NCBI GenBank assembly: GCA_965217775.1
Contig: CBDCJH010000002.1
Coordinates: 1,024,001 to 1,088,000 of the forward strand
Direction: 5' to 3'
Length of the DNA: 64,000 bases
Source of the DNA: Acidobacteriota bacterium
GTDB lineage: Bacteria; Acidobacteriota; UBA6911; RPQK01; JAJDTT01
Part shown: in pieces, positions 38,936-48,667 of the stretch
Layout of the letters: every line of letters starts with the position of its first letter
Position numbering within the stretch: the stretch's first letter is position 1
The notes under the pieces: generated by a model
Database searches by the model: none
Seen by the model: the letters and a program-made list of their open reading frames with translations, nothing else
What the model was told of the DNA's origin: nothing
Program-made: the position numbers and the translations under genes

Positions 38936-39565
38936 ATGCGTTGGGCCGCCCTGGGCGTTCTGCTCCAGGTCTGCCAGAGTGTCGGAACCGAAGCCGCCTC
39001 CATTCCCAAGCCGCGGCCACGCATTCCCTATCAAGCGGTCCAGCCGGCCAAGGGGGTGTTCCTGGTCGCCCGGAAGGGGATGCTCGACCCCCGGTTTCGG
39101 CAATCCGTGGTCCTGCTCGTGGCTCACGGCCCGGGCGGAACGCTGGGTGTAATCGTCAACCGGGCTACCGACGTCTCTTTGGAGGATGTCCTGCCCCAGA
39201 TCGAGACACCGGGTCGGAAGGCCCGGCTCTACTACGGAGGTCCGGTGGGTCTGGATACGCTCATGTTTCTGATCCGGAGCGAGGAACCGCTGGAGCAGAC
39301 GACCAATGTGATGGGGGACGTCTACTTCGGAGGCGACAAGAAGACGCTGGAACGTCTTCTGGAAGAGGAAAGGGAATCCCACGAACTCCGCCTCTTCGTC
39401 GGGCATTCGGGATGGGCTCCGGGCCAGTTGGATTCGGAGTTGGATCGGGGCGACTGGCGCCTTTTTCGGGCCAATGCCTTCACCGTATTCGAGAAGCGCC
39501 TGGACAGCATCTGGTCCGACTTCATGGAGCCCCCGAAATCCGAACGGGAAGTGGCGGCCCGGTGA
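38936..39565 (+). CDS. YqgE/AlgH (DUF179) family protein with signal-like N-terminus
   Basis: DPRFRQSVVLL, GTLGVIVNR, YYGGPV, FVGHSGWAPGQLDSEL..GDW. Confidence 0.85.
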   Translation: MRWAALGVLLQVCQSVGTEAASIPKPRPRIPYQAVQPAKGVFLVARKGMLDPRFRQSVVLLVAHGPGGTLGVIVNRATDVSLEDVLPQIETPGRKARLYYGGPVGLDTLMFLIRSEEPLEQTTNVMGDVYFGGDKKTLERLLEEERESHELRLFVGHSGWAPGQLDSELDRGDWRLFRANAFTVFEKRLDSIWSDFMEPPKSEREVAAR

Positions 39566-39586
39566 GAGGCTTGGTCTAGGAAGCGA

Positions 39587-40669
39587 ATGATGGGAAACAA
39601 GCTCAGAGATCCATCGTACTCCCGCCGCCAGTGGATGGGGCTGGCCACACTGGGCGGCATAACGGCAGTGTCCGCGGGACCACGACCGGCGACTTCGGAA
39701 ACACCGGCCGGTCCGCACCGTCTCGCTTTGAGGGCCGGAGAGTTGGAGGCCCTGGTGGTGGACAACCACGACGGGCTGGCCGGTGAGGAACAGAAACGCA
39801 GCCGGGCTTCGGTCCCCCATGTGGCCGGAGGATTGGGACGCCTTAGCGTCGCAGTCCCCTTCGAGAGGCGTCACAATGGCTACAACGGAGTCGCGCGCTT
39901 CAGTTACCGGGGATCTCCACACCCCTTTCTCCCCGTTGCTTCGGGTCTGAATTGCGAGTTCTTCTTCGACGGAACCGAGGGCACCTTCGAACCCCGCTGG
40001 AGTGACCTCGATAATTTCCAGGCCCAGCCGTCGAGCTTGAAGCGGGTATCCGAGCAAGAGGCTTGGCTCCGGATCGAACCCGGCGAACGGTGGGGCGTCC
40101 AGGTGGAGTCCACCTTCCGATTGGTGGAACCGTGGTTCCTGGACGTGGAGCACGCCTTCACACCCACCCGGCTGGACAAGATCCGGACCCGGTATTTGGG
40201 CGTGTTCTGGGCCAGCTACATCCAGGCTCCCCGAAATCCGGGCTACTACGTTTGGGGCCGGAGGTCGAACTTCGAATCGCCCGCTTGGCACGGTATCTTC
40301 GACGCCCTGGATTTGCACGAATCGGGAGCGATCCGGGCCGAGCGGGGTCCAGTGGGGGAGGGATTGCGGGCTCAGGGAAGGCGTCTGCTCTACAGCTTCG
40401 GCTCGGTGCGCTACGTCGAACCTCTGATGGCCGGCAAGGTCCACGGCATGTTGCTGGCCTACCTGTTCCGCCCTTCAGACGAGTTGGAAATCCGCCCCGC
40501 CTTCAACGCCGGCGGGGGAGGAGTCGGCGGCCCCGCTTGGGACTACCAGGCGGTGGTCCCGGACCCGGAGGAAGGACGCCGCTACAGCTTTCGGCTGAGA
40601 GTCGTCTACAAGCCGTTCGAAGCTCTGGACGAGGCCCTGGAACTCCATCGGGAGTGGGTCACGGGATAG
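39587..40669 (+). CDS. Hypothetical Tat-exported protein
   Basis: SRRQWMGLATLGG twin-Arg signal; beta-rich, aromatic sequence; same strand as neighbours. Confidence 0.65.
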   Translation: MMGNKLRDPSYSRRQWMGLATLGGITAVSAGPRPATSETPAGPHRLALRAGELEALVVDNHDGLAGEEQKRSRASVPHVAGGLGRLSVAVPFERRHNGYNGVARFSYRGSPHPFLPVASGLNCEFFFDGTEGTFEPRWSDLDNFQAQPSSLKRVSEQEAWLRIEPGERWGVQVESTFRLVEPWFLDVEHAFTPTRLDKIRTRYLGVFWASYIQAPRNPGYYVWGRRSNFESPAWHGIFDALDLHESGAIRAERGPVGEGLRAQGRRLLYSFGSVRYVEPLMAGKVHGMLLAYLFRPSDELEIRPAFNAGGGGVGGPAWDYQAVVPDPEEGRRYSFRLRVVYKPFEALDEALELHREWVTG

Positions 40670-40912
40670 TCTCTAAATGTAGTTGATCGAAAGGTAGGCA
40701 GGTGGAGCTCCACAAAACTCGGGACAACACCGCCTGCGACTTGGCTCGAAATGTACGAAGCTTGGTTGCAGGAATTTTCCGCCAATGCAACCGTCGTCTC
40801 CGAGACTCGACTCTCAGCGAAGCTGGTTTTTGTTACAACGAGATTCGGTCTCGGGCAAGCGCTGAAGGCTGAAATCCTGCGCGATCATCGCGCCCCCGGT
40901 GAGAAATTCGGG

Positions 40913-41227
40913 CTAAGCGGCCACGCCAGGTTGGGGCGTCACCTCCTTGTCGAGTCGATCCTTGAGGACAGCCTTCGCTGTTTCAAGCTCGTAGCGAGAC
41001 TGCAAATTCATCCAGAATCGAGCGGAGTTTCCAAAGTACCTGCTTAACCGGAGCGCCGTGTCTGCCGTGATGGCGCGCTTCTCGTGAAAGATCTCATTGA
41101 TCCGGCGGGGCGGCACCGAGATGTCCTTGGCCAGCCGGTATTGGGTCAGGCCCATCGGCTTCATGAACTCCTCCCGCAGAATTTCTCCGGGATGGATGGG
41201 TTGCAGGGTCTGGTCTCTCTGATCCAT
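40913..41227 (-). CDS. higA: HigA antitoxin
   Basis: PIHPGEILREEFM..LTQYRLAK..RRINEI..ITADTALRL..FWMNLQ. Confidence 0.93.
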   Translation of the reverse strand: MDQRDQTLQPIHPGEILREEFMKPMGLTQYRLAKDISVPPRRINEIFHEKRAITADTALRLSRYFGNSARFWMNLQSRYELETAKAVLKDRLDKEVTPQPGVAA

Positions 41228-41252
41228 TGATCAGTCTCCTTCTACCCTCCTG

Positions 41253-41534
41253 CTAGTGGTAGTCCACCACCTCCACGTCAAACGCGTCGCCGGTCTCCCA
41301 GTGAAAGCAGATCCGCCATTGTCGATTGATCCGGACGCTATATTGGCCTTTGCGGTTGCCCGAGAGCGCCTCCAGCCGGCTGGAGGGTATCATCTTGAGG
41401 TCCCTGAGCGATTCGGCTGCGTCCAGCATTTCCAGCTTCCTGAGTGCAGCTTTCTTCAAAACCGGCGGAAACTTCCGTTGAAGCCGCCTGTTGAAGAGCT
41501 TTTCAGTGTCCTTGCAGTGGAAGCTCTTGATCAG
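41253..41534 (-). CDS. higB: HigB (RelE-like) toxin, CTG at the expected start position
   Basis: (L)IKSFHCKDTEKLF..ALRKLEMLDAA..RLEALSGNRKGQYSVRINRQWRICF..VEVVDYH. Confidence 0.9.
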   Translation of the reverse strand: MIKSFHCKDTEKLFNRRLQRKFPPVLKKAALRKLEMLDAAESLRDLKMIPSSRLEALSGNRKGQYSVRINRQWRICFHWETGDAFDVEVVDYH

Positions 41535-41540
41535 GGAAGG

Positions 41541-41569
41541 ATAATGACTCGGCGCGTTAAGGTTGTCAA
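41541..41569 (-). promoter_or_regulatory. sigma70-type promoter of higBA
   Basis: On the minus strand: TTGACA, a 17-nt spacer, then CATTAT ending 6 nt before the CTG. Confidence 0.7.
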
Positions 41570-41823
41570 GCGTTATGGTTCTCCCGCGCCGTCGAGGCGT
41601 GCCACCCTCCCCTGACCCAAATTGGCCCAGGTTTTTCCAACTCTTCAAGCGGTATCCGGCGTCCCGAAAGGTCTGCCCAATCCCAGCCTCCGAGAGTCAA
41701 TTCGGGGAGGACTGAGGCTGGAACCCTCTCCGTAGCCCGTTCCCGCATTCGGCCAGACGGGACTCTCTTGCATCACTAAATACTATCGAAGGTTCAACCT
41801 TCCGCCCGGAGGAACAGATCGCG

Positions 41824-43236
41824 ATGTCAGTCCACTTGCCAAGAAACCCGCACCTTCTGATGAACTACTGGCTCAGTCTGGCGAGGCTGAAACTTCCAAG
41901 AAAACGTTTTCGTCTCCTGTTCAGCTATTTTCAGCGGGAACCGACTTATTCGCTGGCGCTTGCCTCCCTGTCCGCGTACGCGAAGAATTTATTTCCGGAT
42001 GTTGAGGTGTCCCTGGTTTCCGTCCTCCAAAATGACGATGTCCAGGAATATGTGCGGCGTGTGGCGAAGCACAAGCCCGATCTCATCGCGGTCTCGGCCA
42101 TGCATCCGACCTGGTCGCCCATGCTTCCCTATTTGGAGGCTCTCAAGGGAGCGCGGCCGGCGACACCCGTCGTCGTCGGAGGATATCAGGCAATTTTCAG
42201 TCCTCAGGAGACCATCGGCCATCCGGCCGTCAACTACATCTGTGCGGGAGATGGCGAAATACCTCTGGCACAACTGATTCGACGTTTGAAAGATGGTGAG
42301 ACCCAGGAGGCCATTCCAGGGTTGTGGGAAAAGCGAGGCAGTGGAGAAATCGTCAAGAGCTCCCCAAGTCTGACCCCGAACTTGGACGAGATCCCCTTTC
42401 CCGACTACACGATCTTCGAGAAAGACGGGGAAATCTCCTGGCTCAGTTCTCATGCCATCGAGTCCGAGCGGCTGATCACGATGCCGGTCATGTCGGGCCG
42501 GGGGTGTCCCTACCGCTGCAGCTATTGTTGCAATACTCCATTGCTGGAAATGTATCGAGGACAGGGTAACTATTTACGAAAGTACAACCAGGAAAAGCTG
42601 ATCGAGGAATTAATTCGTTTGCGCGACCGTTACGGCATCCAATACTTCCAGTTTATGGATGAGACCTTTCTTTTCGACAAGCGATCCGCCCGGCGCCTTC
42701 TTGGGCTTTATCGGGAGCAGATCGGTCTTCCTTTCTCCATGTTCACCCGGGTGGAGCAGATGGACGAAGATTTTTGCCGCTACGCGGCAGCTGCCGGTTG
42801 TCACTCGATGTGGTTCGGTGTTGAAAGTGGGTCGGAGGCCTATCGCCGCCGCTACCTGGCTCGGAGAATGTCGAACCGGAAGATTCTGGATGCCGCCGAG
42901 ATGGCAAGAAGGCAGGGTATCAGGCGGATGGTCTTTTGCATGGTGGGGATGCCGTTCGAAAGCCGTGAGAATATTCTCGAAACCCTTGAGTTGACGAAAC
43001 TCATTGGGCCGGAACGAGCCATTTTCAGCCAGTATCTCCCTTTACCTGGAACGCCCTTGTACAAGGTCGCCGAACAAGCCGATCTTCTGCTGGACTCGAC
43101 CCGGAAGCAACAGATGTGGAGCATAGGCACGCTCAATATCAAGGAACAAGCCGGATCGGTCTCGGCACCGGAGTTCAAGGAGTTGGTGGACGAAATCTTG
43201 ACCTACGTCTGGGAAGGCAATCGGATTGACGATTGA
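41824..43236 (+). CDS. Cobalamin-binding radical SAM enzyme (class B methyltransferase-like)
   Basis: N-terminal B12-binding-like region (PDLIAVS, VVVGGY, GDGE), SGRGCPYRCSYC, FMDETF, GVESGS, PLPGTPLY. Confidence 0.9.
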   Translation: MSVHLPRNPHLLMNYWLSLARLKLPRKRFRLLFSYFQREPTYSLALASLSAYAKNLFPDVEVSLVSVLQNDDVQEYVRRVAKHKPDLIAVSAMHPTWSPMLPYLEALKGARPATPVVVGGYQAIFSPQETIGHPAVNYICAGDGEIPLAQLIRRLKDGETQEAIPGLWEKRGSGEIVKSSPSLTPNLDEIPFPDYTIFEKDGEISWLSSHAIESERLITMPVMSGRGCPYRCSYCCNTPLLEMYRGQGNYLRKYNQEKLIEELIRLRDRYGIQYFQFMDETFLFDKRSARRLLGLYREQIGLPFSMFTRVEQMDEDFCRYAAAAGCHSMWFGVESGSEAYRRRYLARRMSNRKILDAAEMARRQGIRRMVFCMVGMPFESRENILETLELTKLIGPERAIFSQYLPLPGTPLYKVAEQADLLLDSTRKQQMWSIGTLNIKEQAGSVSAPEFKELVDEILTYVWEGNRIDD

Positions 43237-43379
43237 CGATTGAGATGTCGGAAGCGGGTGTTGGATTCCGGCTTCAATGGAAATCCCGAGCCTTGCTTGA
43301 CTGCTGATTCCTGATCGACGGCAGGTTTGTAGAAGATCCGTAGTCCGGTCACCATGACCGCATGTCCGGCACCGGTTGA

Positions 43380-44603
43380 ATGCGCTTCGATATCGATAAA
43401 CCACGGGACCGGCTGATCAGCGGGCGCATTCAGGCGTTGAGTGGATGGATTGAGGCCGACGGTCCTGATTTCACTCTGGTCGCCGTGTGTGGACGCCGCG
43501 AAATCCGGCTCCGAGAGTGTGCTCATCCGGTACGCCATCTGATTCCCGGAGCCCGCGGCTTCTGGGGGTACCTCGTCCTGCAAGAGTTCCTGGGGTCCAT
43601 ACGACGAGAATTCCTTCATGTCGACCTGATCTGGAAGGGCTCGCGTCTCACGACTCTGCATTTCCGGGTCTTCCCCGTGGCCAAAGAGCTGGCGCGTCGT
43701 TATCCCCTCGATTTGAAGAACTATCCAGTGGGAAGTCGGCATCCGGTGTTCGAGCCTTCGAAACCTGCCCGCGCTCTCGTCTTCCCAGGTCTTGCCCAGG
43801 TCGGAGGGTCGTCACTGAACCAACTGATGCGTTGGAAGATGTATCAGGAGGACTGGTGCTTTCCGGTATACGAGGATGGCAACGATGCGGAAACCTGGAC
43901 CCAATTCCGTGCACTCGAAATCCCCTCGGTCCGCTGGATCGACGGCCACGATTGCTATGGTGCCGCCGACAGTTTGAGCCAGCCGTTTGCTCGAATCACT
44001 CTATTACGCGAACCAATACAACGCTATGTGTCTCTTTTCAACTACGCATCGCTCGTGCATCCACAAGAGTTTGGCTACGCCACCTTCGAAGAGTCCATAT
44101 ACTCAGGTAAAGCCAGACAATATTCTCAATCCTACAGATTGCTGCAATGCGCCGGACGCGACGTATCACCGTCGATTCCTGACGATGAACTCTACACCAG
44201 GGCCAAACAGGAACTTGAGGCTTCCTATGCCTTTGTCGGCATTACCGAGTTATATGAAGAGAGCATCTTCCTGATATGCGAACTTGCCGGTATCGAGTCC
44301 ATCGGCATGTGGTGGAGGATTCTGTCTTCTCCCAAAAGCATCCGGCTTTGGAGCCTTTCCCTTCGGGCCCGGAACCGGCTGCGACGGCTCTTGGCCGTTG
44401 ATCTTCGCCTCTATAGAGAAAAGAGGCAGGATCTGCTCAATCTTCTACGTCGATCAGATTTTGGCACCGCCCTGAAGTCGTATCGAAAGGCTGCGCTCGA
44501 ACAGCCGGAACTGCCCGATGTCTTCAAGGCCGTCGAGTGTCTGCGATGGAGGCAGACGATTGCGGAAGAGCGGCTTGCACGCTTCGAACGGGATAAACGA
44601 TGA
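43380..44603 (+). CDS. Sulfotransferase-fold protein with atypical 5'-donor loop; candidate phosphoramidate transferase
   Basis: 3'-phosphate-binding motif ITLLREPIQRYVSLFNY, GH motif, FVGITELYEESI, DLRLY. The loop reads PGLAQVGGSSL where HIPKTGGTS is usual. Confidence 0.7.
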   Translation: MRFDIDKPRDRLISGRIQALSGWIEADGPDFTLVAVCGRREIRLRECAHPVRHLIPGARGFWGYLVLQEFLGSIRREFLHVDLIWKGSRLTTLHFRVFPVAKELARRYPLDLKNYPVGSRHPVFEPSKPARALVFPGLAQVGGSSLNQLMRWKMYQEDWCFPVYEDGNDAETWTQFRALEIPSVRWIDGHDCYGAADSLSQPFARITLLREPIQRYVSLFNYASLVHPQEFGYATFEESIYSGKARQYSQSYRLLQCAGRDVSPSIPDDELYTRAKQELEASYAFVGITELYEESIFLICELAGIESIGMWWRILSSPKSIRLWSLSLRARNRLRRLLAVDLRLYREKRQDLLNLLRRSDFGTALKSYRKAALEQPELPDVFKAVECLRWRQTIAEERLARFERDKR

Positions 44604-47044
44604 CTGAGACACTCATGGGTCATACCGGTGCTCCGGCGGACCAATCCATTCATCGATCGGCGGCTGGAGGCTTCCTGACCAAGGCGGAGGCGTTGGAGTT
44701 TGTGCACGGAAATCTGAAATATGCGCAGATTCCGCCGTTTCTATATTTTTCCGTTGGCGAGTGGCGATGGCGCAACGAAAACGTTTTGCGCAAGGTCGCA
44801 GCCTTTCTGTCCGAACGTCCGCTCGCCGTACGAAGTTCCGCCCGGTGCGAGAACCTGAGCGGTGCCTCTCTGGCGGGGCATTTCCGGTCCTGTTTGAACG
44901 TGGAAAACGATCGGAGGCCGGTCCGGGAAGCTGTCGAGCGGGTGATCGCTTCCATGGGCGGCCACCGGGACGATCAGGTTCTGATTCAAGAGATGGTGGT
45001 CGGCGTTTCTCTCAGCGGGGTCATTTCCACGCGAGACTCGGATACCGGTGCTCCCTACTACCGAATCGAATATGACGAGTCGTCCGCGACGGATCTCGTG
45101 ACCAGAGGGGCGGAGGGACACCAGACCATTCTCTTCCATCGGCAGTCACCGCGAGAACTGATCGGACCGGATTGGGTCTGCCGGGTTCTGGATGCCTCCT
45201 CGGAGCTGGAGCGGTGCTGGGGCCGGACTCCACTGCATATCGAGTTTGCACGGACTCATGACGGGAAAATCCAGATTCTTCAGGTGCGGCCGATATCGAG
45301 CCGGGAGCAACGGGGACGGGGGCATGAGGCGCGAACGATTGCAGCCCTGCGGAAGCTTGAGATCTCCTTGGTCGAACATTCTCGTCGCCGGCACGGCGTC
45401 GCCGGATCAACCACGATTCTCGGGCAGATGCCGGACTGGAACCCGGGAGAACTGATCGGAAGTACGCCTCGACCGCTCGCCGTGTCACTGTTTCGCAAAC
45501 TGATCACGGATAGGGTGTGGCAGGAAGCTCGTTCCACCATGGGTTACCGTCCCGTCCCGGACACGCCGCTGATGGTCGTGCTCGCCGGGAGACCTTACGT
45601 GGATGTCCGGGCGAGCTTCAATTCGTTTCTCCCCGCGGGACTGCGCCGTCTCGACGAAGGTGCGGTTGTAAATGCTTGGCTTGGCCGATTACGTCAATAT
45701 CCGGAATACCACGATAAAATTGAGTTTCAGGTCGCCCAGACAGTATTGGACTTTTCGTTCGGGCAAGACTATCGGCGGCGATATGCAGGCACGCTGTCTC
45801 GCAAGTCGTTCTTGGACTATGCCGAGCGAGTGCGTTGCCTGACGAATCGCAACGTTTCCCTTGGCCCTTCCGCGTCGTTGGCTGAGGCGCTCCGCAAGTT
45901 ACGGAAGTTGGAACAGGCTCAGAGTTGCCGAGAATCTGCGATTCGGCCGTCTCTCTCCTTTGCGTTTCGATTGTTGCGGGAGTGTCGTCTGCTCGGCACG
46001 CTCCCGTTCGCCATTGTCGCGCGCCACGCCTTTATCGCGGAATCGATACTCCGGTCCGCAATGCGGAGGTCCGCGTTGAGCCGGGAACGATTGGATCAGT
46101 TCCGGCGTTCGTGGAGTACCGTGGGTCGGAATGTGGGGCGTGACTTGGCCAGAGTCATGCACGGCGAGGTCGACGCGGTTTCGTTCCTTGGAAAATACGG
46201 ACATCTGAGACCGGGCTCTTTCGACATCCTCTCTCCCCGCTACGACCAACGGCCGGACCTGTTTGCGGGCAATTCCGTCCACCCATCGACATTCGAGTCC
46301 GAAGGGGACTGTTTTGTTTGGACTCCAAAAGAAATCGTCCACATCGAACGCCTTATCAGGGAAGCAAGGCTGACCTTCAGCGCTGAAGAACTGTTCCGCT
46401 ACTCAGCGACGGCCGTCACGGCTCGAGAACATGCGAAATTCGTTTTCAGCCGGCATCTATCGGACGCTTTGGAATCCATCGCCGGTTGGGGAAAGGGGGT
46501 CGGCCTCAGTCGCGAACAGCTCTCGTACTTGACGGTTGAGGATCTGAAATCCGCACTCCGCTCTCCCCTTGGCGATGGCGGAGTCGCGTTGGCGGCCGTG
46601 GCAGAGTCCGGACGGTCGGCAACACGAAGCCGGCGAGGTCTCCGCCTGGGCTGCCTGATCCGCAACCGCAGAGATATCTACCTTCCGCTACAGCATGCAT
46701 GGCCCAACTTCATCAGCTCTCGCCGCGCCGAGGGTAGACCGGTGTTTCTGCATAACCGGGAGTCGGTTGCGTTGGATCTGAGCGGGAAAATAGTCTGCAT
46801 CGAGAGCGCGGACCCAGGCTTCGATTGGATATTCTCTATGGGGATCGCAGGCTTGATCACCAAGTTCGGCGGCTCCAATTCCCATATGGCGATCCGCTGC
46901 GCAGAGATGGGAATACCGGCTGCCGTCGGAATCGGTGAAACCCGCTTTGAACTCCTTCGAAAGTCGAAATCCGTCGAATTGAGCTGTGGTGACAGAGCGA
47001 TTCGGGCCATTCCTGGCCCACAGCCCGAACCCATGACCTGGTAA
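44600..47044 (+). CDS. L-glutamine kinase-like PEP-utilising family enzyme (Cj1418-like)
   Basis: TKAEAL, VRSSA..E..SLAGHF ATP-grasp region, MPDWNPGELIG, YGHLRPG, ADPGFDWIF..GGSNSHMAIR phospho-His domain. Confidence 0.88.
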   Translation: MTETLMGHTGAPADQSIHRSAAGGFLTKAEALEFVHGNLKYAQIPPFLYFSVGEWRWRNENVLRKVAAFLSERPLAVRSSARCENLSGASLAGHFRSCLNVENDRRPVREAVERVIASMGGHRDDQVLIQEMVVGVSLSGVISTRDSDTGAPYYRIEYDESSATDLVTRGAEGHQTILFHRQSPRELIGPDWVCRVLDASSELERCWGRTPLHIEFARTHDGKIQILQVRPISSREQRGRGHEARTIAALRKLEISLVEHSRRRHGVAGSTTILGQMPDWNPGELIGSTPRPLAVSLFRKLITDRVWQEARSTMGYRPVPDTPLMVVLAGRPYVDVRASFNSFLPAGLRRLDEGAVVNAWLGRLRQYPEYHDKIEFQVAQTVLDFSFGQDYRRRYAGTLSRKSFLDYAERVRCLTNRNVSLGPSASLAEALRKLRKLEQAQSCRESAIRPSLSFAFRLLRECRLLGTLPFAIVARHAFIAESILRSAMRRSALSRERLDQFRRSWSTVGRNVGRDLARVMHGEVDAVSFLGKYGHLRPGSFDILSPRYDQRPDLFAGNSVHPSTFESEGDCFVWTPKEIVHIERLIREARLTFSAEELFRYSATAVTAREHAKFVFSRHLSDALESIAGWGKGVGLSREQLSYLTVEDLKSALRSPLGDGGVALAAVAESGRSATRSRRGLRLGCLIRNRRDIYLPLQHAWPNFISSRRAEGRPVFLHNRESVALDLSGKIVCIESADPGFDWIFSMGIAGLITKFGGSNSHMAIRCAEMGIPAAVGIGETRFELLRKSKSVELSCGDRAIRAIPGPQPEPMTW

Positions 47045-47103
47045 TCCGAAAACTCGAGGAGAGAATGAGAATCTGACGGCTCGAATTCTGGTGAGGAAAA
47101 CAT

Positions 47104-47748
47104 TTGAGCGGCACATGGCGACTGGGTTTGACGATGCGAGTGCAAGGATGTGACGACTCGCATGAACTTCGGGACGTGTTGGCCCATGACTGGCCGGTGC
47201 TCATCCGCGCCAGTCTGGGCGACGTGCCCTGGCTGGCGATACCGAATCTCGAGGAATCGGTAAAGGACTACCTGCAACGATGGCGGATCGGCGCCGTGAT
47301 TCTCACGGGCGGTGAAGACATCGGGACTTCCCCTTTGCGCGATGAGACCGAACGCCATGTTCTGGACTACTGCACCGAGAGGAGAATGCCGGTATTGGGA
47401 GTGTGCCGCGGGCATCAAATGATTCAGGTGTACTGCGGAGGCAGTCTGCAGAACGTGCCAACGGCGCGGCATGTCGGGACCAATCACTCGGTATTCGTTT
47501 GTCATGACAGGAGTCGTGCCGTATGGGGAAGCGGTCCGTTGAAGGTGAACTCCTACCATCGCCAGGGTGTGTCCCTGGAACGTCTCGGCCGGGGCCTGCA
47601 TCCGTGGTTGGTCTCCTCCGATGGTCTGGTCGAAGGGTTTTTCCATTCCGAAATGAATCTATTGGGCGTTCAATGGCATCCGGAACGGCGTCTTCCGGAC
47701 CCCGGTATGGCCAATAGACTCATGCGTTTCCGTTTCACTCGAAAATAG
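47104..47748 (+). CDS. Class I glutamine amidotransferase-type hydrolase (Cj1417-like)
   Basis: LTGGED, LGVCRGHQ (Cys), VNSYH, GVQWHPE (His-Glu). Confidence 0.88.
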   Translation: MSGTWRLGLTMRVQGCDDSHELRDVLAHDWPVLIRASLGDVPWLAIPNLEESVKDYLQRWRIGAVILTGGEDIGTSPLRDETERHVLDYCTERRMPVLGVCRGHQMIQVYCGGSLQNVPTARHVGTNHSVFVCHDRSRAVWGSGPLKVNSYHRQGVSLERLGRGLHPWLVSSDGLVEGFFHSEMNLLGVQWHPERRLPDPGMANRLMRFRFTRK

Positions 47749-47793
47749 GGCTGATCGCTGAGTGGGATCGACGGGTTCTCCAGGCCGAAAAGA

Positions 47794-48606
47794 ATGCCTC
47801 CAATGGACAAAGACGTTCGGAGTATGAAGCCAGGCCGGAATCGTGCGGGAAGTGTGAGGGCTCTGGTCTTGGCAGCGGGACGCGGCACTCGATTGAATCA
47901 TCTGACCCGCGATCGACCGAAGTCCCTGGTCACACTGGAGGGCAAGACCCTGTTGGAATGGCAGATCGCGTCCTTGAGGGCGGCGGGTGTCTCCGATATT
48001 ACGGTAGTTCGTGGATATCGGGGGGAGATGATCGATCTTCCCGGACTTGCGTACCTGGAGAACGCCGATTGGGCACGAACCAACATGGTCCATTCGTTGA
48101 GATGTGCCGATGAGTGGTTGAAGGCGTCGGTCTGCATCGTCTCCTACGGAGATATTGTCTACCACCCAAGCTTGGTTTCCGCCCTGGTCGATACGCCCGG
48201 AGAGATCGTCGTCGCCTATGACGTTCTATGGGAAAGGCTTTGGCAAGAGCGCTTCGAGGATCCGGCAGTCGACGTGGAGAGCTTTCGAATCGAGGATGGA
48301 TGGATCGTGGAGATCGGGGAAAGCGTCAGTTCATTGGAATCGGTCGAAGGCCAATACCTGGGACTGTTCAAGTTGGCGCCCGAGGGTTGGCGCAAGATAC
48401 GTGGGTTTTTGAGCCTGACGGAGGACGCGACGGCTCGAAGTCTTGACGTGACCGCCTTGCTCAGCCGTCTGATTGGGGAAGGGATCAAAGTCAAGGGAAT
48501 CCCGATCCGAGGCCGCTGGTGCGAGCTCGACCACGTCACGGACCTACGGATATATGAGCGAATGATCCAATCAGACACGCAGTGGAGCCACGATTGGCGG
48601 CTCTGA
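47794..48606 (+). CDS. Nucleotidyltransferase, LicC-like (Cj1416-like)
   Basis: LVLAAGRGTRL..RPKSL, TNMVHSL, SYGDI, GQYLGL, WCELD. Confidence 0.88.
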   Translation: MPPMDKDVRSMKPGRNRAGSVRALVLAAGRGTRLNHLTRDRPKSLVTLEGKTLLEWQIASLRAAGVSDITVVRGYRGEMIDLPGLAYLENADWARTNMVHSLRCADEWLKASVCIVSYGDIVYHPSLVSALVDTPGEIVVAYDVLWERLWQERFEDPAVDVESFRIEDGWIVEIGESVSSLESVEGQYLGLFKLAPEGWRKIRGFLSLTEDATARSLDVTALLSRLIGEGIKVKGIPIRGRWCELDHVTDLRIYERMIQSDTQWSHDWRL

Positions 48607-48667
48607 AGCACCGTGGGGCCGTGGGGCGGGACTGACGTCGAGGGGGCTACGCCATGGGGTTCCCCAA

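Noticed and set aside
44600-47044. PEP synthase or pyruvate phosphate dikinase
   Set aside because: No C-terminal pyruvate-binding barrel; the phospho-His domain is terminal, and the MPDWNP motif fits the glutamine kinase type.
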